Below are positions 41,914 through 51,818 of a DNA stretch of 64,000 nt, piece after piece. Made by a program: the position numbers and the translations under genes. This DNA comes from Thermodesulfobacteriota bacterium (GTDB taxonomy: Bacteria; Desulfobacterota_D; UBA1144; Nemesobacterales; JAJCZQ01): the NCBI GenBank assembly GCA_965215275.1, contig OZ244044.1:1728001-1792000 (forward strand), read 5' to 3'. Under the pieces are notes generated by a model, which was not told the DNA's origin, ran no database searches, and saw only the letters and a program-made list of their open reading frames with translations. Numbering within the stretch: position 1 is the first letter of the stretch; each line of letters begins with the position of its first letter.

Positions 41914-43060
41914 TTTTATACCTTCTGTTTATTAGATTTTGGCCGAGGTACCTCATTCTAAATATCCGTTCTTTCTCTTGCGATGATAAATTCTGAGTTA
42001 TTCCATCAAATAGTATGTCTTGCAGTATAGACACTTCAATTCCGCTAATTGATGCAAAATCATGTGCTTTTTGAATACTTTGAGGAAAATCAGGAATAGG
42101 GAACCCTGGTTGTGCATCATTCAATAGTTGTCCGATAATTCTGTCTGCATCGCCTTTATCCCACTCTGCCAGATCTATCGGCCACACAGGAGCAAATGGG
42201 CTTTCTCCAAATTTTGCTAAATACAGTTTACCCATTGATTGGTATGAATAATTGCCATCTTCGTTCGGTTCACTTGTTTCTAAAGTGTCCAGCCAAGTAC
42301 GGTCAAAATTGTAACATTCTTTTTCTATCGCAGGAGGTACTTCTGCATAGCATGGAAAAGGCTTGTGGAATGTTGCTTCCAGTTCCAAGGCTGTTGCCAG
42401 TCTGTTTAATACAGCGTTTTGCTTAGCAACGCCAACTATTGAAACATTTACACGTTTCTCTCTGTGTTTCTGACATATGCTCCTAATTTTTTTGTCAATT
42501 AATGGAAATATATCCCTTCTAAAAGATTTGGTTCGGAGCATCCCTTCTCTGAGAATAATAGTGTCCGTTCCCCATTCTTTATGTAAAAGTTCATATAACA
42601 CAGCCCACTCTACTATATCTCTGTATATACGGACAGCACTTGTGCTTTTTCCTCCTTCACCCAAGCCTTTTAATAAGTATGATAACCCAGTAACATCTCT
42701 GTTAAGGTCCTGACAAAACTTTTGTAGTGGAGCTACTGTCAAGGGACCGTTAGGACTTCCTCTGTCATTGAGACTGTCGCACTTGTCGTTTCCCGCGATA
42801 GCATCAAGAGCACATTGATTTCCTCTTGAATCCACTACTCTGACAAGTTCTATGACCGCAGGATTGAAATACAACCTGTTGTCTCCACCATCTGCAGATA
42901 CAAAAGATACTGAATTGACGGGATAAGGTCTTATTTGTTTGATATTGTTTTTAAGTTGTTTTGCAAACCCTCTGAGTTTGTCTATTACAGGTTGTTCGAC
43001 TTTATAAGCCGATCGAATCCTATTTCTTATTTGCTTAAGATCATCGTCTGCTAGAGCCAT
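41906..43060 (-). CDS. NurA-like nuclease
   Basis: SADGG, LREG, VGVAK, FP..IQKAHDFA; overlaps HerA start. Confidence 0.7.
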   Translation of the reverse strand: MALADDDLKQIRNRIRSAYKVEQPVIDKLRGFAKQLKNNIKQIRPYPVNSVSFVSADGGDNRLYFNPAVIELVRVVDSRGNQCALDAIAGNDKCDSLNDRGSPNGPLTVAPLQKFCQDLNRDVTGLSYLLKGLGEGGKSTSAVRIYRDIVEWAVLYELLHKEWGTDTIILREGMLRTKSFRRDIFPLIDKKIRSICQKHREKRVNVSIVGVAKQNAVLNRLATALELEATFHKPFPCYAEVPPAIEKECYNFDRTWLDTLETSEPNEDGNYSYQSMGKLYLAKFGESPFAPVWPIDLAEWDKGDADRIIGQLLNDAQPGFPIPDFPQSIQKAHDFASISGIEVSILQDILFDGITQNLSSQEKERIFRMRYLGQNLINRRYKSA

Positions 43061-43322
43061 GATCGTTCCTTAATCTTTAGGCGGCAGATTCCAAAGATAT
43101 TATTTTTAATCTCGCGAAAATAATTTAATTCATTTAGGAATTATATACTACTTGCCCTAGAAGTAGAAACCATATAACAGTAGCTGTATTAAACTTGGGA
43201 AAATATGTATTTAACTATCGCATTTGACTCTTTTTCAATCTGTATAAAAACCAGCTTTCTTTACTTACTTCACTGTCAGATAGTTTTGTAAGTTATTTTT
43301 AAGAAAGTTCCTTCAGTTAATT

Positions 43323-43613
43323 TTACGAAAAGGAACGTGCCAGATCAAAAAGAAGTTGAACTATAGTGATCCTTACCAGGTGTATAAGAACCAATACAAC
43401 TATTGGTGATATATCCACGGTGCCGCCGATAGGTGGGATTATTTTTCGTGCGTACCTCATTACCGGCTCGGTAGCCGTGTGTAGGAAATTAACGATCGGG
43501 TTATAAGGGTCGGGATTTACCCATGAAATGATAGCCCTTCCTATTATAAGAAAGGAGTAAACGTTGAGCAGCATATCAATAACAGTTGCCAGAGCTTGTA
43601 TTAAGGCCGTCAC
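43323..43613 (-). CDS. yggT: YggT family membrane protein
   Basis: SWVNPDPYNPIV.FL...TEP, DISPIV. Confidence 0.93.
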   Translation of the reverse strand: MTALIQALATVIDMLLNVYSFLIIGRAIISWVNPDPYNPIVNFLHTATEPVMRYARKIIPPIGGTVDISPIVVLVLIHLVRITIVQLLFDLARSFS

Positions 43614-43834
43614 TATATTCCCTCCTCTTTTAGTTTCTTTGCCAATTCAAGCATCATTATATCCTTTTGCAAACACTTTATATCTTTAGATACCTCATCA
43701 AAGTATTTTGATAATGCCGCAAATATAATACTATCGTGTGTATGTGTAGACATTTTAAGGTCTATGGAACGTAACATATCCTCCTTCTTACTTAATTCCT
43801 TTTCTAATTTCTCGACTTTCGGAAGGTTGCTCAT
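43613..43834 (-). CDS. hypothetical 73-aa coiled-coil protein in AT-rich insert
   Basis: ORF with AAGGG upstream, stop overlaps yggT start. Confidence 0.45.
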   Translation of the reverse strand: MSNLPKVEKLEKELSKKEDMLRSIDLKMSTHTHDSIIFAALSKYFDEVSKDIKCLQKDIMMLELAKKLKEEGI

Positions 43835-43951
43835 TCCCTTTTACCTGTCCATCCCGCAATTGCTATTGTTTTAAAAACATTTTTACCCATTTTTCAACAG
43901 CTTTATCTTTTATCAAGTAAAGTCCGTTAACATAACCTAACCAAAAAACAC

Positions 43952-44791
43952 TTAGTTCTCCTCTTGTTCTGATAGTTCTTTGGACCTGTTAGTGCCGGCT
44001 TCAACGGCTGAGATCACGGCGTTCCTAATTCCGAGTTTTTCTAATTCGTGTATTCCTGCAATGGTGGTTCCGCCGGGTGACGATACCATATCTTTCAGTT
44101 TTGCGGGATGAACTCCCGTTTCAAGCAGCAGTTTTGCGGTACCGAGGATCGTTTGGAAAGAAAGTTTTGAGGATGCTTCCCTGCTCAAACCCATCTTTAC
44201 ACCTGCGTCCGCAAGTGCTTCTGCGAAAACAGCAACATAGGCTGGTCCGCTTCCGCTGAGCCCGGTTACGGCATCGATCAGATTTTCGTCATCCACGGTA
44301 ATGATCTCTCCGATAGGGCTAAATATGTTCTCTACCACTCTTTTATCTTTGTTGCCGATGTGCTTGTTAAAATATATACCATAGGCACCTTCCTGGACTA
44401 TGGCCGCTTTATTTGGCATAACTCGTGCGATCTTAAGGTCTTTCTTCAGGTTGTTTTCTATAAAGGACGTCTTTATGCCCGCGGCGATCGATATATAAAG
44501 CTTTTTTCTGCTAACCTGGTTTTTAATTTCCCGCAGCATATGTTGAACGTCTGCAGGCTTGACGGCAAATATTATAGTTTCCGAACGTTCGGACAGCTCC
44601 TTGTTACACCTTGTTGTGCTGACGCCGTGGTCGTCTTTTAACTGGCGCAGCCTGTCGTTGTCCAGGTCGCTTAAAATGATCTCATTCTTACCGTAGGTTC
44701 CGGACGTCAGTATGCCCCTTACCAATGCACCTGCCATTTTACCGGCACCTATTATTCCCAGTTTATACACTTTAGCTGTTCCTGTTCCCAA
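43952..44791 (-). CDS. proC: pyrroline-5-carboxylate reductase
   Basis: IGAGKMA, AVKP, RVMPN, SGSGPAY, SPGGTT. Confidence 0.95.
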   Translation of the reverse strand: MGTGTAKVYKLGIIGAGKMAGALVRGILTSGTYGKNEIILSDLDNDRLRQLKDDHGVSTTRCNKELSERSETIIFAVKPADVQHMLREIKNQVSRKKLYISIAAGIKTSFIENNLKKDLKIARVMPNKAAIVQEGAYGIYFNKHIGNKDKRVVENIFSPIGEIITVDDENLIDAVTGLSGSGPAYVAVFAEALADAGVKMGLSREASSKLSFQTILGTAKLLLETGVHPAKLKDMVSSPGGTTIAGIHELEKLGIRNAVISAVEAGTNRSKELSEQEEN

Positions 44792-45494
44792 ATATTGCCG
44801 AACCTATTCTAACGATCGTTGCACCTTCTTCAACTGCGACCTCGAAGTCCCCGCTCATCCCCATTGAGACCTCATTTGCCCCGGGATGGTCTTTTTTCAC
44901 TTCGTTGCTGAACAGCCTGAGCTTCCTGAAATGAGGGCGGGACAGCTCTGGGTCGTTATTATATGGTGCCATTGTCATAAGTCCCTTAAAAACGATATTT
45001 TTCAGGGCGTTTATCCTGTTTATCAGCTTTGCAGCGTCTGTGAACGACATACCCGTTTTTGTTCTTTCACCGCTTGAGTTTATCTCGATCAGAATACTGG
45101 TGTTTACTCCCAGTTTTTCCGAGCGTCCGTTGATCTCTTCCGCCAGACCGAGACTGTTTACTGAGTGTATTATAGCTGTTTTTCCAACTATGTATTTTAT
45201 TTTGTTCCTCTGAAGATGTCCGATGAAGTGCCACTTTATATCACTGAATCGCTGGTTTAAATGGGCGTATTTATCTCTGAATTCCTGTGCGTAGTTTTCA
45301 CCAAAGTGTAAAAGTCCCGCGTTATATGCCTCTGTTATCAGCTCTTTTGTTATCTGTTTGCTTACACCGAGCAGAGTGATGTCGTCAGGGTCCCTTCTGA
45401 CCTTTAAAGCGGAAGAGGCTACCTTTGCACGGATAAGGTCAATGTTTTTTTCAATTCTCATCAGTGGTAAAACTCTTGTTACGTTATCGTTCAA
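44772..45494 (-). CDS. yggS: PLP homeostasis protein
   Basis: VSK, FGENYAQE, WHFIGHLQRNK, SMGMS.D, VRIGSAIFG; true start may be downstream. Confidence 0.93.
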   Translation of the reverse strand: MNDNVTRVLPLMRIEKNIDLIRAKVASSALKVRRDPDDITLLGVSKQITKELITEAYNAGLLHFGENYAQEFRDKYAHLNQRFSDIKWHFIGHLQRNKIKYIVGKTAIIHSVNSLGLAEEINGRSEKLGVNTSILIEINSSGERTKTGMSFTDAAKLINRINALKNIVFKGLMTMAPYNNDPELSRPHFRKLRLFSNEVKKDHPGANEVSMGMSGDFEVAVEEGATIVRIGSAIFGNRNS

Positions 45495-45571
45495 AATTTT
45501 TCAACCACTTTTAAATAAGATGCTTAACGGATACACTCTATCAGTTCTTTCTGGCTTTTTAAGTTCTTGCC

Positions 45572-46423
45572 ATGCAGCTAAAAAACATATATATTAAAGG
45601 TAAAACCCTGTTACATCAAGCTGGCGTCTCCGAACCGGCTATTGAGGCTGCATCCCTGCTGTGCAGTGCAGTTGGACTGAACAAGATGTCAATTTTTTCC
45701 AACCCGCAAATGCAACTTAATGAGGATTCTGTATCAAAATTTAACGAATTTATAAACAGAAGGATAAAAGGAGAACCCAACTCTTATATAACCGGAGTGA
45801 AAGAGTTTTACTCAAGGGAGTTCATCGTCAGCAGGGACGTTCTCATACCAAGGGCTGAAACTGAACTCGTTGTGGACGAAGCACTGAAAGTGATTACCGG
45901 ATCCGGTGAGTATTTCGTTGCAGATATATGTGCGGGTTCCGGCTGTATAGGGATCGCACTGGCCTCAATGAAAAAGAACGTCAGTTTAATATCCACCGAT
46001 ATATCTTTTTCAGCCGTTCAGGTAGCAAATAAGAACGCAAAACTGAACCGCGTGGCTTCCCGGTCGGTATTTTTAAACGCTAATTTTACCGACTGTATAG
46101 AGGATGGTTCGGTCGACCTGGTGGTCTGTAATCCTCCATACGTTGCCACAGGGGACCTTATGGGGTTACAGGACGAGATCAGAGACCATGAACCTGAACG
46201 TGCCCTTGCTGGTGGTGAGGATGGGCTTTTTCATATCAGGGAAGTTGTAAGAAGGTCAAAGAAAAAGCTGAAGAACGGCGGGTGGCTGATAATGGAAATA
46301 GGTATAGGACAATGCCGGAGCGTCATGGAACTTTTAAAGCTGGAGGGATACGACCGGCTGGATGTAACTTTGGATATGTGTAACATTGAGAGAGTGATCA
46401 AAGCACAATGGAAAAGATTTTAA
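45572..46423 (+). CDS. prmC: release factor glutamine methyltransferase
   Basis: VLIPR.ETE, D.C.GSGCI, NPPY. Confidence 0.93.
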   Translation: MQLKNIYIKGKTLLHQAGVSEPAIEAASLLCSAVGLNKMSIFSNPQMQLNEDSVSKFNEFINRRIKGEPNSYITGVKEFYSREFIVSRDVLIPRAETELVVDEALKVITGSGEYFVADICAGSGCIGIALASMKKNVSLISTDISFSAVQVANKNAKLNRVASRSVFLNANFTDCIEDGSVDLVVCNPPYVATGDLMGLQDEIRDHEPERALAGGEDGLFHIREVVRRSKKKLKNGGWLIMEIGIGQCRSVMELLKLEGYDRLDVTLDMCNIERVIKAQWKRF

Positions 46424-47664
46424 TAGAAGGTGGAAAAAGCCTGAAGGGAACCGTGAAAATAAGCGGTGCAAAAAATTCCGTGCTGCCGCTGATGGCCGCG
46501 TGCATTTTAAATTCTGGCGTAAACAGCTTTACCAACGTTCCTGACCTTGCCGATGTACGAACAATGGCAAGACTGCTTGTAATGCTTGGAGCCAGGATCG
46601 AGTTTGAAAAAGGAAACCTGATGGTCGATTCCTCCAGTATCAATAAGTGGGAGTCTCCTTACGATCTGGTCAGAACGATGCGTGCTTCCGTGCTGGTACT
46701 GGGACCATTGACCGCTCGTTTTGACAGGGCCAGGGTATCTTTTCCCGGAGGTTGTGCCATTGGCGAACGGCCGATCGATCAGCATATTAAAGGGATCAAG
46801 TTACTGGGTGCGAAGATAAACCTGGATCAGGGATACGTTGAAACAAGGGTGAGAAAGCTCAGAGGAAAAACCGTACCTTTTGACGTCTCCACGGTCACGG
46901 GTACTGAGAACATAATGCTGTCTGCCGTTCTGGCAAAGGGAGAGACGGTCCTTTTCAACGCTGCATGTGAACCGGAGGTCGTGGAACTGCAGGACTGTCT
47001 GAACAGGATGGGTGCCAGGGTATCAGGCGCGGGAACCGACATTATAACGATCCAGGGCGTTGATAAGCTTAACCCCGTAACTGATTATGAAATTATGCCT
47101 GACAGGATCGAAGCGGGTACTTTTATGGTAGCGGCAGTTTTTAATGAAGGCGACTTGAAGATCTTGAACTGCAGGCTTGAGCATATGGGAGCACTTGCTG
47201 GTAAACTGATGCAGACCGGGGCTGAAATAAAAAAGATCAAGAACGGCGTGAGGATCAGGGGAGTTGACAGACCGGACAGCGTTGATATTTCCACTTTGCC
47301 CTTTCCTGGATTTCCTACGGATATGCAGGCACAGATGATGGCGCTTATGTGTATTTCAAAAGGGAAGAGCATTATCACTGAAACGATATTTCCGCAAAGG
47401 TTTATGCATGCGGCGGAACTTCGCAGAATGGGGGGCGATATTAAAATGGCAGGCAGCAGCGCGGTTGTCAGAGGGGTGCCGAAATTATCAGGTGCAAAAA
47501 TAATGACCAGCGATCTCAGGGCAAGTGCATCTCTGGTACTCGCAGGGGTTGCAGCAGACGGAATAACGGAAGTTTCCAGAATATATCATCTTGACCGGGG
47601 TTATGAAGGTCTGGACAAAAAGCTGGAGAATGTGGGTGCTAAAATTTGGAGGGAAAAAGATTGA
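46408..47664 (+). CDS. murA: UDP-N-acetylglucosamine enolpyruvyl transferase
   Basis: SGAKN, MRAS, PGGCAIG.RP, PGFPTDMQ, DLRA, DRGY. Confidence 0.97.
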   Translation: MEKILIEGGKSLKGTVKISGAKNSVLPLMAACILNSGVNSFTNVPDLADVRTMARLLVMLGARIEFEKGNLMVDSSSINKWESPYDLVRTMRASVLVLGPLTARFDRARVSFPGGCAIGERPIDQHIKGIKLLGAKINLDQGYVETRVRKLRGKTVPFDVSTVTGTENIMLSAVLAKGETVLFNAACEPEVVELQDCLNRMGARVSGAGTDIITIQGVDKLNPVTDYEIMPDRIEAGTFMVAAVFNEGDLKILNCRLEHMGALAGKLMQTGAEIKKIKNGVRIRGVDRPDSVDISTLPFPGFPTDMQAQMMALMCISKGKSIITETIFPQRFMHAAELRRMGGDIKMAGSSAVVRGVPKLSGAKIMTSDLRASASLVLAGVAADGITEVSRIYHLDRGYEGLDKKLENVGAKIWREKD

Positions 47665-48290
47665 TCACAATTGCAATATCAAGGGGAAGATTACTGTCCG
47701 AGGCGGTCGAGTTATTTAAAAGGGCAGGGATAGATATTTCCAGGGTGTATGAAGATCCGAGGAAACTGATCTGTGAATTTGAGGAACAGGGGCTCAGAAT
47801 ATTAATTATCAGACCGACCGACGTGCCTTCTTATGTTGAATACGGAGCTGCGGATTGTGGCATTGTTGGCAAGGACACATTGTATGAAGCCCGGGCAAAT
47901 CTTTACGAACCTCTGGACCTCAAGATAGGAAAATGCCGTCTTGTCGTGGCAGCTCCGGATAATTTTACTCTCAAGGACATCAGATCGTCCGTCAAAGTTG
48001 CAACGAAGTATCCCAGGACGGCAAGTGATTACTTTGTTAAGAAAGGGGTCAGCGTGGAGATAGTAAAGTTGTACGGTTCGGTCGAACTGGCACCGAACGC
48101 CGGACTGTCAGACGTGATCGTGGACCTTTCTGCTACCGGGCGGACCTTAGAGACGAACAATCTTAAAGAGATCGAGACTATCACGGACGTGACGGCAAGA
48201 TTTGTTGTTAACAAGGTCGGATTTAAAATAAAGTCAGAGAAAATATTGGGACTTTTAGCAAAGCTCAGGGAAGCCAGGGACCTTATGTGA
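47661..48290 (+). CDS. hisG: ATP phosphoribosyltransferase, short form
   Basis: GIVGKD.L.E, VATKYP, LYGSVELAP; TTG start overlapping murA stop. Confidence 0.93.
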   Translation: MITIAISRGRLLSEAVELFKRAGIDISRVYEDPRKLICEFEEQGLRILIIRPTDVPSYVEYGAADCGIVGKDTLYEARANLYEPLDLKIGKCRLVVAAPDNFTLKDIRSSVKVATKYPRTASDYFVKKGVSVEIVKLYGSVELAPNAGLSDVIVDLSATGRTLETNNLKEIETITDVTARFVVNKVGFKIKSEKILGLLAKLREARDLM

Positions 48291-48296
48291 GTAAAT

Positions 48297-49562
48297 TTAT
48301 ATGCCTTGCTCTGCTGATGGGTCGTTTTCCTTTACAAAGCTCATTGCAATAATTCCAGCTACGAAAAATACCACGAGGGACAGGACGCCCACCCGGCTGT
48401 TACCCGTTATCTGGCTGATGGAAGCAAAGACAAGAGGACCTACTATTCCGGCAAATTTCGAACTCATACTGTAAAATCCAAAAAATTCCGCCGTTTTGTC
48501 CTTTGGTGTCAGTGAGCAGAAAAACGACCTGCTCAGCGCCTGTGTACCTCCCTGAACGGTGCCGACGGCAACGGCGAGTATCCAGAAGTGAGTGGCGCTA
48601 CTGATAAAGTACGCTGAAAATGAAATTAAAGCGTAGACGGCCAGTCCGAAGCATATGGAGTTTTTAACTCCTATTGAACTTGACAGTCTGCTGAACAGTA
48701 AGGTGCAGGGAATACCGACGAACTGCGTGACGATCAGCGCTCCTATTAAAGACATGGAATTTATTCCGAGTTCCGTTCCGTAGATAATGGCCAGTTTGAT
48801 TATGGTCCCTATGCCGTCGCTGTATATCCAGAAAGCAATAAGAAAGAGAAAAAGGTTTTTATAGACCCTGATATTTTTAAAGGTCGAAGCCAGTCTGGAA
48901 AAACCGACCTTTATGTAGCTGTCCTTATAAGCTTTGCTGCGTGTTAACGGTTCATTGACGTTCATGATAAGCGGGACCGTGAAGGCAGCCCACCAGACCG
49001 CGGCTGACACAAAGGAAAGCCTGGCAGCTAATGAGGTATCGTCAAGGAACCTGAACATCAGCATGTTCATTACCAGCAAGATCCCGCCGCCCAGGTATCC
49101 GAGTGCGTATCCGAAAGTGGAAACCTCGTCTGTTCTTTCCGGCTTGCATATAAATTTCAGAAGAGAGTTATAAAATATTTCCGAAAGCGTAAAACCAACG
49201 TTTGCGACTATAAAGAACAGAGACGCGGTCAGCCAGTCCCCTGACCTGATCAGGTAAAGAAGTATCGTAAACACAACACCTACGGAAACGAACAGCTTGA
49301 TAAAGGATTTTTTCCTGCTTGAGTGATCGGATATTGCCCCAATAACCGGAGAAGCGACTGCGCTAATAACAAGAGCAATGGTTATCGTGTAACTCCAGTA
49401 GATCGTTGCAGTACCTGCCGTGAGCGTTGAGGCGGCTACTTTGCTGTAGTAGATCGGCAGAATGGCAGCCATTACCGTTGTGGCGAAAGCCGAGTTTGCC
49501 CAGTCGTACATTGCCCAGCTGATTATCTGTTTTCTGTTGTTCCCGAACATAGTATCAAACAT
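48297..49562 (-). CDS. MFS transporter (UMF1/ATG22-like)
   Basis: SWAMYDWANSAF, GG.QALSRS, AEFFGFY; about 12 TM segments. Confidence 0.88.
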   Translation of the reverse strand: MFDTMFGNNRKQIISWAMYDWANSAFATTVMAAILPIYYSKVAASTLTAGTATIYWSYTITIALVISAVASPVIGAISDHSSRKKSFIKLFVSVGVVFTILLYLIRSGDWLTASLFFIVANVGFTLSEIFYNSLLKFICKPERTDEVSTFGYALGYLGGGILLVMNMLMFRFLDDTSLAARLSFVSAAVWWAAFTVPLIMNVNEPLTRSKAYKDSYIKVGFSRLASTFKNIRVYKNLFLFLIAFWIYSDGIGTIIKLAIIYGTELGINSMSLIGALIVTQFVGIPCTLLFSRLSSSIGVKNSICFGLAVYALISFSAYFISSATHFWILAVAVGTVQGGTQALSRSFFCSLTPKDKTAEFFGFYSMSSKFAGIVGPLVFASISQITGNSRVGVLSLVVFFVAGIIAMSFVKENDPSAEQGI

Positions 49563-49724
49563 TTCAGTATGATAGTTTAGGGAATTACATGCATAAATAA
49601 AAATTTGGATGGATCATATACTTTGTTCACCAACAGTTGACCCGGCAGGTAAATAACGATCAGTTGTATTTATGTCAGGTTATCAATATGATCCTCTGAT
49701 AAAAAGGTGACAGGACCCCTGATC

Positions 49725-50788
49725 CTAAATACGGCTGAAGAGTTCCTGCTGTTTGTCATAGGGGTTCTTGAAGTGTTCTGCCGAGAGACCTGTTTTACTT
49801 CTGTTCATACCGTTCTTTCGGCACGATATGTTGAACAGGTCTTTAACATGTTTTGCAAAGACCCCCTTTCCGACCATACGGTCTCCAAATTCAGAACTGC
49901 TTAACTTTCCCTTTCTTACGGATATAATGCGGTTTAAGATCTTGTTCTTTCTATCTGGGAAGTGATTTTCTATCCATTCAGTAAAGAGATCGGAGACCGT
50001 GTGGGGCAGCCTTAACATAATATAGGCAGCTCTGCTTGCACCTGCACTGGAGGCGTTTTCAATGATCTTGGGTATTTCATGGTCGGTCAGCCCGGGAATG
50101 ACCGGTGCTACCAGTACCATTGTCGGGATTCCTGCTTCTGACAGTTTTTCAGGGCTTTCAGTCTGAGGTAGGGTCGTGATGTACGTGGTTCCATTTTGCC
50201 TGCAAGCCCGGGGTCCAGCGTTGTAATGGACAGTATCGCGACCGTGGCATTTATTTCAGACAGACCCTTCAGTATATCAACGTCGCGTGTTATCAGATGG
50301 TTTTTCGTGATTATTCCAACGGGATTTTTAAATTCCAGGAATACTTCAAGGCATTTTCGCGTTAGCCTGAACTGTTTTTCTGCCGGCTGGTAGCAGTCCG
50401 TATTGCCACTGATCGCAACTGTCTGAGGCTTCCATTTGCGGGAGCTCAGTTCTTTCTTCAATAATTCAGGGGCGTTCTCTTTGACGAAAATACGTGTTTC
50501 AAAGTCCAGCCCGGAAGACAGTCCGTAAAACTCATGCGTTGGTCTTGCGTAGCAGTAAATACAGCCATGCTCGCATCCCCTGTACGGGTTGATCCCAACT
50601 GAAAATCCGGTGTCAGGACTGTCGTTGTACGTCAGAATGGTCTTTGTGGTGTCTTTGTAAAATTCGGTCTTTGGCTTTTTAAGGTCGTCAGTTCCCGTGT
50701 CGTCAGCTATGTATTTTATCTTTTCGAATCTGCTTGTTAGATTAGAACCTGCCCCTCTGCCTTTGAAAGGTTTATAGGTTTTTCTCAT
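49725..50788 (-). pseudogene. radical SAM protein (PA0069/Rv2578c-like) split by 1-bp frameshift
   Basis: NPYRGCEHGCIYCYAR; adding one A to the A5 run (50145-49) joins KALKKLSEAGIPTMVLVAPVIPG. Confidence 0.85.
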
Positions 50789-50856
50789 CTTGTTCTGCTT
50801 CGACCTTTATAGTGTTTACTATGGCGCGGGTAAGACGAGAGTGAGGAATAAAAACG

Positions 50857-51684
50857 TTACAGGTACCATATGAAACTCAGTGAAAGCTTGGCTTCATCAC
50901 TGTCTATTTCCGCAGGGATCCTGATCCTTTCTTCACTGGCAAGGGTTAACCAGTCCTCTTTTTCGTAGAGGGTATAAAGTATCTCGCCCCGAATTGCCAC
51001 TTTCCCTCCGACCGATTTTTCCATACCTATGCCTCCCGTCCATGCGATAAGGTCCTGATCCTGATTCAATGTTCCCGGTGTAAAATCATCAGCCGTGGTG
51101 CAGGTAGTTACTCGTTGGCAGCCTGTATAATCAGCGTTAAATTCCGTTTGTACAAGGCGAACTCCGGCAATGGCGTAGATGTTTGATTCGTATAATGGTA
51201 TGAGATCCTGGCTTATACCTAACCTGATCGTCAGGCCATAGCTTTGATTTTTCTGAAAATTATAGTTCTCAGGCCAGTTCTCCCCTAACTGGTTCCGTCC
51301 TTCGGAATCCCCTGCCCCGTTTAACCGTCCTTCCACTCTGCCGTCGTGAAGTACCGCGTCGATCTCACCGCTTATGAAAACACCGCTATACCAGATCGGA
51401 ATACGGTAACCTGCTGATATACCAAGGCCATATACCCATCCGTCCGTGGAATCTTTATCACGGTAGATACGGCCTCGTCGTTCGGGCGGCAGGTCGTTGC
51501 TCGGATCAGTGTTGTCAACGGTTTTATCGTAAGATGTGTCAAGCCATTCTGCAGTTGTGGTTATCCCCAAGTAAAACTGACCACTTCGAGCAAACGAACT
51601 GTCCGTTAAGCCCAGTAGTGAAAGTATCGTTAAGATCAGAGTGGTTGAGAAGATTAGTTTGTAGTTTTGCCGTGTTGTCTGCAT
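50857..51684 (-). CDS. outer membrane beta-barrel protein
   Basis: signal peptide, alternating beta strands, aromatic C-terminus LSFIWYL. Confidence 0.7.
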   Translation of the reverse strand: MQTTRQNYKLIFSTTLILTILSLLGLTDSSFARSGQFYLGITTTAEWLDTSYDKTVDNTDPSNDLPPERRGRIYRDKDSTDGWVYGLGISAGYRIPIWYSGVFISGEIDAVLHDGRVEGRLNGAGDSEGRNQLGENWPENYNFQKNQSYGLTIRLGISQDLIPLYESNIYAIAGVRLVQTEFNADYTGCQRVTTCTTADDFTPGTLNQDQDLIAWTGGIGMEKSVGGKVAIRGEILYTLYEKEDWLTLASEERIRIPAEIDSDEAKLSLSFIWYL

Positions 51685-51764
51685 TTTCTGCCCTCTTAAA
51701 ACTCGAATTTTATCACTTGTCAGTATATCAACTGTAACTGATCTTTGTAAAATATGTTTTGATT

Positions 51765-51780
51765 TATGACAATTATCATA
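51765..51780. promoter_or_regulatory. Fur/PerR-like palindrome upstream of catalase
   Basis: TATGACAATTATCATA, near-perfect dyad. Confidence 0.35.
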
Positions 51781-51818
51781 CAACATATATACTGAATAAA
51801 AATAAGGAGAAACATAAA

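Noticed and set aside
22885..43060. Archaeal-type mre11-rad50-nurA-herA operon
   Set aside because: sbcCD and nurA-herA are over 12 kb apart, separated by core genes, and SbcCD is of bacterial type
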